Of a stretch of DNA of 64,000 nucleotides, positions 27,825-36,839 are shown piece by piece. The stretch is from Patescibacteria group bacterium (GTDB lineage Bacteria > Patescibacteriota > Microgenomatia > UBA10105 > UBA927), in the NCBI GenBank assembly GCA_038062895.1, contig JBBTWJ010000005.1, positions 67,715-131,714 on the forward strand, written 5' to 3'. The notes beneath the pieces are model-generated. The model had not been told where the DNA came from. It did no database searches and saw only the letters and a list, made by a program, of their open reading frames with translations. Each line of letters starts with the position of its first letter. The stretch's first letter is position 1. The translations under genes were made by a program, and so were the position numbers.

Positions 27825-29537
27825 TTGTGCATGTCAACATTGACTCATCAATTCTTAAATTTTATCCTCGCTTTTTCGGTTTTTGGTCTGATTGCCTTTG
27901 TCGCGTTAAAGACCAAATGGACGAACAGGAAGCTTGATCTTCTCAGCTACATCTTTGTCGCGCCCAGTCACATAAAAACCCATCCGTGGCTATGGATAAT
28001 CTCACTGATTTCGATCGTTCTTATTCGCGACTTTTTGGAAAACTACTCGGAATGGTCAAAGTGGATAATTCCTCTAGACGTTCATATGGAGTATTCTCTG
28101 TTTTGGTTTTCTCTTTTTTTCACCTTTTCGCTTTTTCTTAAACTTTTATCGCGAGAAGGTATTGATAAAATATCGAAATTTTTGGTTTGTTCCTGGTTTG
28201 TGACTTATATTCCACCGCTTGTTGACCCGATAATATATTTTGGTCGTGCCTTCCGTATGACGTACGTGTATAAGGAGCCTCTACAGAAGTTCCTCACATT
28301 TTACGGTACAAGTCCCTTCGGTCGGGAGGCGACAATAGGCATAAGAATCGAAATTATTCTAGTTGTAATCCTTGCCAGCCTCTATGTTGCCAATAAAACC
28401 AGAAACTGGTTTAAAACAGTATTAGCCGGTTTAGGGGGCTACAGCATCGCCTTCTTTTATATGGCAATGCCTGTATTTTACAAAGGTTTGAAGACTATCT
28501 TGGGATTTCCCCCAACAATGTCGTACCCTCGTGAATACGTGGATTCTTTAATCTATATCATGCTTGTGCTTATTCCGATTTATTTATCAATGTATAAGAA
28601 AAGGGAGAGGATTCAGTTTTTTGAGAAATCTTTTGAGCTTATTAATATTAGACGGTTCAGAGTGAGCAGAGTGATCATTGTGACGTTAATCAGAAACATC
28701 AGACCGTTTCGACTGATTCACTATGCCACGCTTTCATTTTTTGGGATGTTTATTGCTTACCGGTTTGATCCCGGTGCTTCTTATTCCTTTAATGTTCTGA
28801 AAATAATACCGGCAATTCTCTCAATGGCTTTTGCCTGGCTTTTTGCAGTACAAATTAATGATATTTTTGATATACAAATCGATGAAATATCAAATCAACA
28901 AAGGCCTCTGGTCAAGAAGTTTATCGACCGAGAAAATTATAAGCTATATTCTGCAATCTTTTTTATATTATCTTTAATTTTTGCATCTTTGATTAACTTC
29001 GCGGCTGCAAACATGATACTATATTATATGGTAGCCTACTCGTTCATCTATTCGGCGCCACCACTAAGGCTCAGGAGATTTCTTTTTATTCCAAACGCCA
29101 TTATCGGGCTCTGTAGTGTGTTGGCGGTTCTTTTTGGCTTCTCAACGGTCGCCAACTCAAAGACTTTTGCCTTGATGCCGTGGCACTATTCTTTATTTAT
29201 ATTTTTAATATATGCGCTTGCTTCGACAATGAAGGACATTAAGGATTACAAGGGGGATAAAGTCAATAAAATCGATACGTTGCCGACAGTGCTGGGTCTC
29301 ACTCTTGGAAAAAAAATTATCGGTTTTTTTATTGTAACAAGCTTCATATTAATGGGAATTCTCATAAGCTGGATTCTTCCCTTATATCCCAAGAGCTGGT
29401 TGGCCCTCTTTACGACAGTGTTTGCTGTATTAGGATACTTGTTTACCGTAAAAAAGAATGAGAAGTGGCTTTTTTCCATAGAATATATTTACCTTACTGT
29501 CGTGCTCTCAACAGTGTCTTATTTCAGACTTATGTAA
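27825..29537 (+). CDS. Polytopic membrane protein whose C-terminal half is a UbiA-family prenyltransferase-like domain
   Basis: NDIFDIQIDEISNQQRPL (NDxxDxxxD) and KDIKDYKGDKVNKIDTLP (second Asp-rich motif). More than 12 TM helices. Confidence 0.6.
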   Translation: MCMSTLTHQFLNFILAFSVFGLIAFVALKTKWTNRKLDLLSYIFVAPSHIKTHPWLWIISLISIVLIRDFLENYSEWSKWIIPLDVHMEYSLFWFSLFFTFSLFLKLLSREGIDKISKFLVCSWFVTYIPPLVDPIIYFGRAFRMTYVYKEPLQKFLTFYGTSPFGREATIGIRIEIILVVILASLYVANKTRNWFKTVLAGLGGYSIAFFYMAMPVFYKGLKTILGFPPTMSYPREYVDSLIYIMLVLIPIYLSMYKKRERIQFFEKSFELINIRRFRVSRVIIVTLIRNIRPFRLIHYATLSFFGMFIAYRFDPGASYSFNVLKIIPAILSMAFAWLFAVQINDIFDIQIDEISNQQRPLVKKFIDRENYKLYSAIFFILSLIFASLINFAAANMILYYMVAYSFIYSAPPLRLRRFLFIPNAIIGLCSVLAVLFGFSTVANSKTFALMPWHYSLFIFLIYALASTMKDIKDYKGDKVNKIDTLPTVLGLTLGKKIIGFFIVTSFILMGILISWILPLYPKSWLALFTTVFAVLGYLFTVKKNEKWLFSIEYIYLTVVLSTVSYFRLM

Positions 29538-29573
29538 AATATACAGAGAGAATGTCCCGTTAGAAATATATAG

Positions 29574-31298
29574 TTATTTGGCAACAAGCCCACACATTTT
29601 TAGATGATTGAATATCATGTCAGTGCATTCTTGCGGCGTTTTATCGAGCGTATGGAGATGAACCTCCGGGATTAGTGGCGGTTCATACGCATCATTTATT
29701 CCGGTAAAATGTTTTATTTTATTTGATCTAGCATTTTGATAATATCCTTTTGTATCCCGCGCTTCACACGTAGCTAGCGGACAATCAACATACACTAAAA
29801 TAAAAGATCCATGCGGCATAAAATAACGAACCTGCTGTCGAGTTTGTTCGTATGGGCTTATAGCGGCGCATATGACTGCGCCGCTATGATGGACTATCTC
29901 TGATGCAACAAATCCGATTCGTAATACATTCGTGTCACGATCTTCTTTCGAGTATCCCAGACCCTTCGAAAGATGCGTGCGCACAACATCGCCATCCAAC
30001 AATGAGACTTCTCTTCCGGATTCCTGAATGAGATTTTGTAATAATACAGCGATGGTAGATTTGCCCGCGCAAGGGAGCCCCGTGAGCCAGACGCAAAACC
30101 CTTTTTTATGAAGCGGGATATACGAATCGGCAAGAATTTTTGCAACTTCCGGACGGGTGAACCACCCCGGTAGTTTTTTGCGGCCGGTTAGGTATACGTT
30201 GCGCACGTCCGTTCCGGAAAGAGCCGAAAATTTATTTTTTTTTGAAATAGAATAAGATTCTGTGTATTTTTTTTGCGAACGGTTGTATGCAAGCTCGTTG
30301 AATAGTAATGGTTTGATTCCAATTTCAGCTGCTACGCTCTGTATTAATTTTTGAGCAGCGTCAGGGGCATAAAACTGTTTCCCTTGAATATTGACACCGG
30401 GACTGGCGTGATTTCTTCCGACGATAAAATAATTAGCACCGTAATTTCGTCTGATTATGGCGTGCCATACCGCTTCGCGTGGGCCCGCAAACCGCATTGC
30501 CAACGGAAGAATGCTTAACACCGTTTTGTCGTGAGGGAAGTATTTTTGATACATAGTGTTATAAATTTGGACGCGGGTTATGTATGGAATGTCGTCTATT
30601 TTTGTTATTCCGACTGTTGGATGAATGAGCAGTGTCCCGTGTACCTTTTCCGCTGCGCGCTTACAAAGCTCTTCGTGGGCTCGATGCATGGGATTTCGCG
30701 TTTGAAAGGCAACGACATTATTGTTTCCGTATGTTTCCAATATGATGCGTAGCGATGCGGGTGTTTGACGGAGGTTAAAAAAGTTATAATAGTGGGGAAG
30801 GTTGATAACCTGTATTGGTCCGGAAACGCAATAATCAGGCCAGTGACACATTTCCGATACCATCGGATGGGTCGGATCCGTTGTTCCGTATACCAGTTGA
30901 CATTCCTTCTTAAAATCTCTTTTATATATATCCTGAACGGACATGACGGCGATAATTTCATTGAACTGGTTGCGGAGTGTTATTTTCTTATTTTTAAGGA
31001 TAGACCGGTCGTTTGATAGTGGAAGTGTAATGGGGATCGGGAACAGCGTCCCATTGGATAACCGCATGGATTCAATAACACGGTGATAGTCGTTGCGAGT
31101 CATGAATGTGGAGAGCGGTGAAAATGCCCCCGTAGCGAGTAATTCCAAGTCTTGCATAGACCGCTCAGACAGCTGATATGACGGGATGTTGATGGCGCGG
31201 GCGAGCAATTCTGCGCGTTTTTCTTTATCAACCACAAGCGAAATCAGCTTCCCGCCATAGGGAGTGATGAGTGACAGTGCTGTTTGATGGTTATTCAT
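29574..31298 (-). CDS. Bifunctional sulfate adenylyltransferase (ATP sulfurylase) / adenylylsulfate kinase (PAPS synthase)
   Basis: N-terminal Sat-like domain with QTRNPMHRAHEEL. C-terminal APS-kinase P-loop WLTGLPCAGKSTIA followed by LDGDVVR. Confidence 0.85.
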   Translation of the reverse strand: MNNHQTALSLITPYGGKLISLVVDKEKRAELLARAINIPSYQLSERSMQDLELLATGAFSPLSTFMTRNDYHRVIESMRLSNGTLFPIPITLPLSNDRSILKNKKITLRNQFNEIIAVMSVQDIYKRDFKKECQLVYGTTDPTHPMVSEMCHWPDYCVSGPIQVINLPHYYNFFNLRQTPASLRIILETYGNNNVVAFQTRNPMHRAHEELCKRAAEKVHGTLLIHPTVGITKIDDIPYITRVQIYNTMYQKYFPHDKTVLSILPLAMRFAGPREAVWHAIIRRNYGANYFIVGRNHASPGVNIQGKQFYAPDAAQKLIQSVAAEIGIKPLLFNELAYNRSQKKYTESYSISKKNKFSALSGTDVRNVYLTGRKKLPGWFTRPEVAKILADSYIPLHKKGFCVWLTGLPCAGKSTIAVLLQNLIQESGREVSLLDGDVVRTHLSKGLGYSKEDRDTNVLRIGFVASEIVHHSGAVICAAISPYEQTRQQVRYFMPHGSFILVYVDCPLATCEARDTKGYYQNARSNKIKHFTGINDAYEPPLIPEVHLHTLDKTPQECTDMIFNHLKMCGLVAK

Positions 31299-31325
31299 TG
31301 GACTTATTTAAGAGCGTGACGTCTG

Positions 31326-32105
31326 ATGTTAGAATACCCACATGGTCTTTCGCCACCTTGTACGACAATCAGTATAAATGTTGTTTCTATTTATATTAGA
31401 GCTATGCAACACGATATATCCATGACGGTTGCTGATATATGTTTTTCTTTGCGTTTTCCTACTATAAGATACACAAATTTTTTTAAACGAAAATATGTAA
31501 AGTATCTTCGACGTAAAGGTAGAGAACGGGCGATAACCTTTCCATATGTAGTTGATTACCCAATACAACGATTGCCATTTTTAAAATTTAATATGTATTT
31601 TCGAAATATTGCCTGTTCCGTATTAAAAAAGCACGGAGGGCTCATTCTTCACGGATCGGCATTGGTACATAACAACTTGGGATACGTTTTTGTCGGTCCT
31701 CCCGGAGCAGGAAAATCAACCATGCGGAAGCTTTTTTCTGATTATACATGTCTCGGTGATGACACGGCAATCGTACGAAAAGTAGGTAAGAGATACTACA
31801 TGTTTGGCTCTCCATTTTATCAGAAAACAAATATTGCTTATTCAAATGTGAAGATTCCGTTGCGCGGGGTGTATATTCTCAAACAGGCAACTATAACAAA
31901 ACTCGTACATTTATCTTATGCAGAGAGCCTGTCTCAGATATTAGCGAATACGTTTATGTCAACTGTGAATAGCCTATCGGATGAACGAACGAAAACCATA
32001 TCGCTTGTTATGCATATGATCGATGAAATACCAATAGTTATGCTTAATTTTGAAAAAAAACGTTCATTACTTGAATCTGTGGTTTTTCGAAAGCCCACAA
32101 CTTGA
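31326..32105 (+). CDS. HPr kinase/phosphorylase C-domain-like protein (serine kinase-like, as found in peptide-tailoring clusters)
   Basis: LHGSALVHNNLGYVFVGPPGAGKSTMRKLFSDYTCLGDDTAIV: HprK-like P-loop followed by the LxxDD block. True start probably internal. Confidence 0.55.
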   Translation: MLEYPHGLSPPCTTISINVVSIYIRAMQHDISMTVADICFSLRFPTIRYTNFFKRKYVKYLRRKGRERAITFPYVVDYPIQRLPFLKFNMYFRNIACSVLKKHGGLILHGSALVHNNLGYVFVGPPGAGKSTMRKLFSDYTCLGDDTAIVRKVGKRYYMFGSPFYQKTNIAYSNVKIPLRGVYILKQATITKLVHLSYAESLSQILANTFMSTVNSLSDERTKTISLVMHMIDEIPIVMLNFEKKRSLLESVVFRKPTT

Positions 32106-32117
32106 ACACATCATCAT

Positions 32118-32399
32118 ATGTTTGTAACATCGGGATCGAGCATGGCCCCGTTGATCGAAACGGGTTCAAAGTTGATTATTGATTGGCACCCAAAGATATT
32201 TAAGTTGGGAGACGTCGTCTTGTTTTTTAGCCACTACAACCGCTTGGTCGCGCATAGAATAGTAGCAGTTGCTCCCTCAGGAACAAAGAAGCATTATTTA
32301 ATCAAGGGGGATAATACGTTCCATGATGATGGATGGTTTGAAGAGGCGCAGCTCGTTGGTAGGGTTCGCAAAATTATCCGGAGGAGAAAAAGCTCTTGA
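32118..32399 (+). CDS. Mini (93 aa) S24/S26 signal-peptidase-like serine peptidase domain protein
   Basis: TSGSSMAPLIETGSKLII (Ser box), GDVVLF, LVAHRIVAV (His box of Ser/His-type SPase), GDNTFHDDGW. Confidence 0.5.
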   Translation: MFVTSGSSMAPLIETGSKLIIDWHPKIFKLGDVVLFFSHYNRLVAHRIVAVAPSGTKKHYLIKGDNTFHDDGWFEEAQLVGRVRKIIRRRKSS

Positions 32400-32433
32400 C
32401 CGAGATCGATTTGAGAGCTGCTGCATAAGCAAA

Positions 32434-33177
32434 TTATTCGAGAAAAAATTTGGACCATTCGGTTTTTTGAAAATAACGTTTGAGTTCTGTGTAGTTTTTT
32501 AGTAGATACGGAAGCGGAGTGGTATTGAGCTTGATTAAAGAGGATGCAAGGGGTTTTTGTTGGAGTTGTAAGAAATCCAGAATTTTGGCCGACCGCTTTT
32601 CCTTATTTGTGACCATGCTTTCGTATGTAATGGAAAGCATATCACTGTTTTGAAAAAAATCATCATAATACCGCTGATGCGTTGATACGATCATAAAATA
32701 TTTGAGACACTCTTGTGGATTGATCGTTAATCTTATTTGGTGGATGTGTGCCTGGTTTGTTGCCATTATAATATTCGTTTTTAACGTTAAAATTGTAGAA
32801 ACGTATGACGCAAGGAGATTTGTTCGTTTAAGATGAATGATTTTTATTTCACGATGATCGCGTAGCCATGTCCAGATGTGACCGGCTCTGCAATTAATTG
32901 CCTGCGTATACATAAGCTTAAATCCGACTGCACGAACATGATTAGGATATTGTTTATATATATGATGTCTCAAAAATATCAACGGAAAGCAGTCGCGTAC
33001 ATGAGCGAATAGCCATGGCTCAAGAGCGCTCCTATGGGGGAAACGATTGAAATAGGAAGGATGAAAACACTCACCATATGCCCGTACCATTGGATGGCTG
33101 TTGAGTAAGGAGAGCAACCACACCGTACCACTCCTGTAGGTAGATAGAATAATAAATCGCTGATAATTTTTGTTCAT
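32434..33177 (-). CDS. PAPS-dependent sulfotransferase (Stf0/NodH-like family)
   Basis: N-terminal 5'-PSB-like loop FIILSTYRSGTVWL. Size about 250 aa. Confidence 0.65.
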   Translation of the reverse strand: MNKNYQRFIILSTYRSGTVWLLSLLNSHPMVRAYGECFHPSYFNRFPHRSALEPWLFAHVRDCFPLIFLRHHIYKQYPNHVRAVGFKLMYTQAINCRAGHIWTWLRDHREIKIIHLKRTNLLASYVSTILTLKTNIIMATNQAHIHQIRLTINPQECLKYFMIVSTHQRYYDDFFQNSDMLSITYESMVTNKEKRSAKILDFLQLQQKPLASSLIKLNTTPLPYLLKNYTELKRYFQKTEWSKFFLE

Positions 33178-34049
33178 ACAGGAATAAGAGCCTGATGGGG
33201 AAAATTTCCCTTTAATTGATGTACGGCAATAAGTGTGGATGTTGTTTTTCCGTTTAAATATAAATGATGGTTCGGAAACGCACGTTTGTAATAACTAATA
33301 ATTTGTTGCACAGAAGATTTTTTGGCGCCGAGGAGATTAACAAAGACGATCGTCCGCATCTTGCTTAAACGCGCGAGGGTGTGAATAAATCGCCACCCAA
33401 GTGAGTTCTTCGGTATTTCCGAGTTTACAAAAAGATCTACGATGATTATGTCATACTGTTTTTTTGTGTGTGTGACATACTCCGATGCATCACGGAGTAG
33501 AAGAGTAATTTTTTGAGTCTCCCTCGGAGATAAAAAAAATCGTTTTGTGATTGACACCATGGTCTTTGATATTTCGATCACATCAATGTGAGAGGACGGA
33601 TATTGTTGAATAATAGTTTTTGCAAGAGAGCACCCACCCCCTCCCAGGAGCAAGACGGCCGCATTGTCTGGAATAGATTGTGCCTGTAAAATAATCCGGA
33701 TATTGTCAAAATATGCCCATGTCGATTGTTTGGTAAAAAATATTTTAGAATCGATTGCGTTGCTATTGAATGTTGATAATGATCGATAATTATTAAGTGA
33801 ATGAAATGGTTTGTAATAATCCTTAATTTCATATTGTTTTCCATATTCCATGAATGAATATCTGCGGATCACTATGCCGTATTTGTAGGCAGCAACAACA
33901 CATATGAAGGCCAAGGTAATAAACGATCCGACGATAACGTAGCCAAGTGATCGAGTGAGGTCGTGACCCCATACAGCAAAAATACCGCTATTTCGACGCC
34001 GAATAAGAGCATCAAGCGTTTTACCCCTACATTTATATATGCGATCCAA
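33174..34049 (-). CDS. Membrane-anchored spermidine-synthase-like / class I SAM-dependent methyltransferase-fold protein
   Basis: AVLLLGGGGCSLAKTI...HIDVIEIS...YDIIIVDLF (PABS/Rossmann MTase pattern). N-terminal TM. Confidence 0.5.
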   Translation of the reverse strand: MDRIYKCRGKTLDALIRRRNSGIFAVWGHDLTRSLGYVIVGSFITLAFICVVAAYKYGIVIRRYSFMEYGKQYEIKDYYKPFHSLNNYRSLSTFNSNAIDSKIFFTKQSTWAYFDNIRIILQAQSIPDNAAVLLLGGGGCSLAKTIIQQYPSSHIDVIEISKTMVSITKRFFLSPRETQKITLLLRDASEYVTHTKKQYDIIIVDLFVNSEIPKNSLGWRFIHTLARLSKMRTIVFVNLLGAKKSSVQQIISYYKRAFPNHHLYLNGKTTSTLIAVHQLKGNFPHQALIPV

Positions 34050-34081
34050 AATATTGGCACGATGGGCATCATATTGTCTTA

Positions 34082-34804
34082 TTATGTTTTTCGGTGCAAA
34101 TAATTTTTGAGTACTGTATGAGAACTATTAATTTTAATAATTGTTCCTTTATGCATCCAAATAATTTTTTGGGTGTGTTTTCGAATGGTTTCGAGATTGT
34201 GAGACACAACAACCAGAGTCAATGTATGCGAAATGATTTTTTGTAGTGCTTTTTTTAATTTTGTTTGAAAGTTTATATCTCCTGCTTGTAACCCTTCGTC
34301 TAAGATCAGAACATCGGGGTTCGTATATACAGAAATAGCAAATCCCAACCGCAGTTTCATCCCTTGTGAATAGGTAAACAGCGGAGCATCGATAAAGTTG
34401 TCAATATCTGCAAAGGCGATTATGCGTTTGAGTTTTTCGTCAATTTCTCGCCTTTTCATCCCCAAGAGCAAGCCGTTAAGGTATACATTCTGTTCGCCTG
34501 TTAACTCCGGATGGAAGCCGGCCTCGAGATCAATAAGGGACACGACTTGGCCATGAGTTTTTACGGTACCGGAGGTCGGCGTGGTGATACCAGCGATGAT
34601 TTTGAGCAGCGTGGTCTTCCCCGATCCGTTGGAGCCGATGATGCCTACCCGCTCCCCCTTGCGGATGGTGAGATTTACATTGTTGAGTGCCCAAAATTCT
34701 TCGTCTTTCCCTTTAGCAAGCCGTTCCATCAGTGTCGGCTTTTCATGGTGGATGGTATACTTTTTACTTACGCCACTTAGTTTAATGGCTATTTGGTTAT
34801 TCAT
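34082..34804 (-). CDS. ABC transporter ATP-binding protein, polysaccharide-export (Wzt/TagH) type
   Basis: Walker A GIIGSNGSGKTTLL. Signature LSGGQ-like FTYSQGMKLRLGFA. Walker B ILILDEGL. Confidence 0.85.
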   Translation of the reverse strand: MNNQIAIKLSGVSKKYTIHHEKPTLMERLAKGKDEEFWALNNVNLTIRKGERVGIIGSNGSGKTTLLKIIAGITTPTSGTVKTHGQVVSLIDLEAGFHPELTGEQNVYLNGLLLGMKRREIDEKLKRIIAFADIDNFIDAPLFTYSQGMKLRLGFAISVYTNPDVLILDEGLQAGDINFQTKLKKALQKIISHTLTLVVVSHNLETIRKHTQKIIWMHKGTIIKINSSHTVLKNYLHRKT

Positions 34805-34824
34805 AATTCACGAATAGACACGAA

Positions 34825-35223
34825 TCACTCGCGAATAGAGCGCGAATTGTTAATGATACGTTTATATTCGAGCCTGGGACGACGGAAGTTTACCAAAATA
34901 GCTAGGGGCAGATTTGTTTCTACGAGATATGCCAGAGCCTGCTTGAAAAATTTAGGACTATATGCCACTTGAGCCTTCGTTTCTAGAATGATCTGATTTT
35001 CGACAATGAAATCAAGAATATACTTGCCTATCGGCTCTTCTTTGTAGGTGAGGGCGACGGAGATTTCCCGTTTATACGCGATTTTTTGATTATCGAATTC
35101 TTTTGCAATGGCTCGTTGATAGTATTTTTCTAACAAAGAGGACCCGAGTTCGTTGTGGACGGCAAACAACGCACCCATGATTTTATATGATAGTTCTGGT
35201 AAGACGATAGGCTTGTCAGTCAT
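34825..35223 (-). CDS. GxxExxY family protein
   Basis: 132 aa. YKIMGALFAVHNELGSSLLEKYYQRAI pattern (GxxExxY). Commonly inserted in polysaccharide loci. Confidence 0.65.
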   Translation of the reverse strand: MTDKPIVLPELSYKIMGALFAVHNELGSSLLEKYYQRAIAKEFDNQKIAYKREISVALTYKEEPIGKYILDFIVENQIILETKAQVAYSPKFFKQALAYLVETNLPLAILVNFRRPRLEYKRIINNSRSIRE

Positions 35224-36079
35224 ATTTGATTATTTCGATATGCGATGTGTGCCATGGTTCCCATTGCATGAACAGGTTGCCGTGTTTTAAATCATTGATT
35301 TGTTTATTCGTGCACGCGGGGTAGTTGGAACCGATGTCTCTGTTTGGGATGCAGAGCCTATCGAATTTTTTAAGAAATTTTAATTCGTTTTTCTCGGTAT
35401 ATACAAAAAGAAATGATGGAACCGGCGTATGTTTATTTAGTTCTAACAGACCCAGTATGAGCATGCTGTTTCTTTCCCGGCCGCCGGATGATCCGTTTCC
35501 CCCGCGGCTGGCGACTTTTTGATCGTCTTGCTCCCAAACAAAGATGTTGTCATACGGGTTGCGCCAATCAATCCAATTGAGCGGTTCCGGCAAGCAGTAA
35601 TACCGTTCCCTGTCGATCTGAACGCGGTTTTGAAAAAGCTTTATGTGATTGCGGTGTTTGGCAAGAATTGCGCGTTTGTATCGCGGTTCCAGTTCTCGCT
35701 CAATTATAAAGTCATCTATTGTTTCATATTTTTTACTTTGTTGCCAAACAGGGCGGTATCGTTCAAGCCACGTAGCAAACAGATCGTTTCCTTCTCTCTG
35801 GCCAAACTCCTCAAAGAACAGGGAATACAGGAGCTTCCGGTATTTGCTCACCATCGGCTTTTTGGTTTTTTTGACGTATTCTTTTCTGTTTCTTAACTCC
35901 CATTTCAGCGGGTCGATAATGACGGTAATCGTATACGGGTTTTTATCCTGCAGTGCCGCGGCGATCTCTCGGTGCGTGCGGAACAGTGCGTTGGACCAGG
36001 AAATGTTTTCAAAAAGTATTGGGTCGAAATCCTTTTGGAGTGCGGACGGATTGATTTGGATGGTTTGTAGGACATTCAT
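35216..36079 (-). CDS. Hypothetical protein (287 aa), 8-nt overlap with the GxxExxY gene
   Basis: ORF only. No motif recognised. Confidence 0.4.
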   Translation of the reverse strand: MNVLQTIQINPSALQKDFDPILFENISWSNALFRTHREIAAALQDKNPYTITVIIDPLKWELRNRKEYVKKTKKPMVSKYRKLLYSLFFEEFGQREGNDLFATWLERYRPVWQQSKKYETIDDFIIERELEPRYKRAILAKHRNHIKLFQNRVQIDRERYYCLPEPLNWIDWRNPYDNIFVWEQDDQKVASRGGNGSSGGRERNSMLILGLLELNKHTPVPSFLFVYTEKNELKFLKKFDRLCIPNRDIGSNYPACTNKQINDLKHGNLFMQWEPWHTSHIEIIKYD

Positions 36080-36092
36080 AGTGCCGTTAGCA

Positions 36093-36839
36093 TCAGATAA
36101 AACTTTTGACTTCCTGCCGCAGAAGCCGGGGGAAGTCTTTCAGGAGCGCGTGAAAACCTGAAGGGAGAAATTCTGTCAGTTCTTTGGTAAAAAACGCCGG
36201 ATCATGAGGAATAAGAGCGAGTGCTCGGGGCAGCACCGTGCGCTGCGAGACAGGGAGGAGGTTTGCCCGGAGCATGTAGTAGAGGTCAAAAAAATCCCGA
36301 GGTTTCTTGCGTGAGAGGAGCGCCGTTAGTTTACCGCTCATAATGAGATCGCGCGGCAAAGCGATGAGACTGTAGTTTGGGAAAAACTCGCTGGTGATAA
36401 TCACGAGATCACCGCGTGTTTTTTTGCTGCTGCGCAGGGAAAACTCGGTGCGTATATCAATCGGTCTCCCATGGAGACGGAAGACAATGTTTGCGAGATA
36501 TCCGCCGCTGGTTGGTGCGGCCCCTTTGACATCAACGGCAATATTGGTTCTCCCTATGGCGATGACGGTGTCCGTTAGGACATCCTCAATCGTGGCGATA
36601 TCGTGCTTTGTAAAATCGTACGGTGTTTTTTCTACGTGTTCAAAATCCAAATCTTCGGAGAAGCGCGGACTTTTATATACAAGCCTGATAGCAGTACCGC
36701 CCTTAAAGCACAGTGACGCCGAGTTTTTTTGCTGGTAGAGCGCGCGCAGAAACAAGTGTTGGCAGTACTCGCGTGCGACATTGGTCTCGCTCGTTTGCAG
36801 TTTTGTGGCCAGCGCAATGATCGTGTCATGCGATATCAT
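36093..36839 (-). CDS. AbiEii/AbiGii-family nucleotidyltransferase toxin (type IV TA / abortive infection)
   Basis: FKGGTAIRLVYKSPRFSEDLDFE signature. Confidence 0.8.
   Translation of the reverse strand: MISHDTIIALATKLQTSETNVAREYCQHLFLRALYQQKNSASLCFKGGTAIRLVYKSPRFSEDLDFEHVEKTPYDFTKHDIATIEDVLTDTVIAIGRTNIAVDVKGAAPTSGGYLANIVFRLHGRPIDIRTEFSLRSSKKTRGDLVIITSEFFPNYSLIALPRDLIMSGKLTALLSRKKPRDFFDLYYMLRANLLPVSQRTVLPRALALIPHDPAFFTKELTEFLPSGFHALLKDFPRLLRQEVKSFI

Noticed and set aside
25199-34049. Canonical lasso-peptide cluster
   Set aside because: PqqD, HprK-like, NTase and sulfotransferase are classic lasso-associated accessory genes. However no B2 transglutaminase-like protease or Asn-synthetase-like cyclase ORF is present in the window, so a canonical lasso pathway is not supported.
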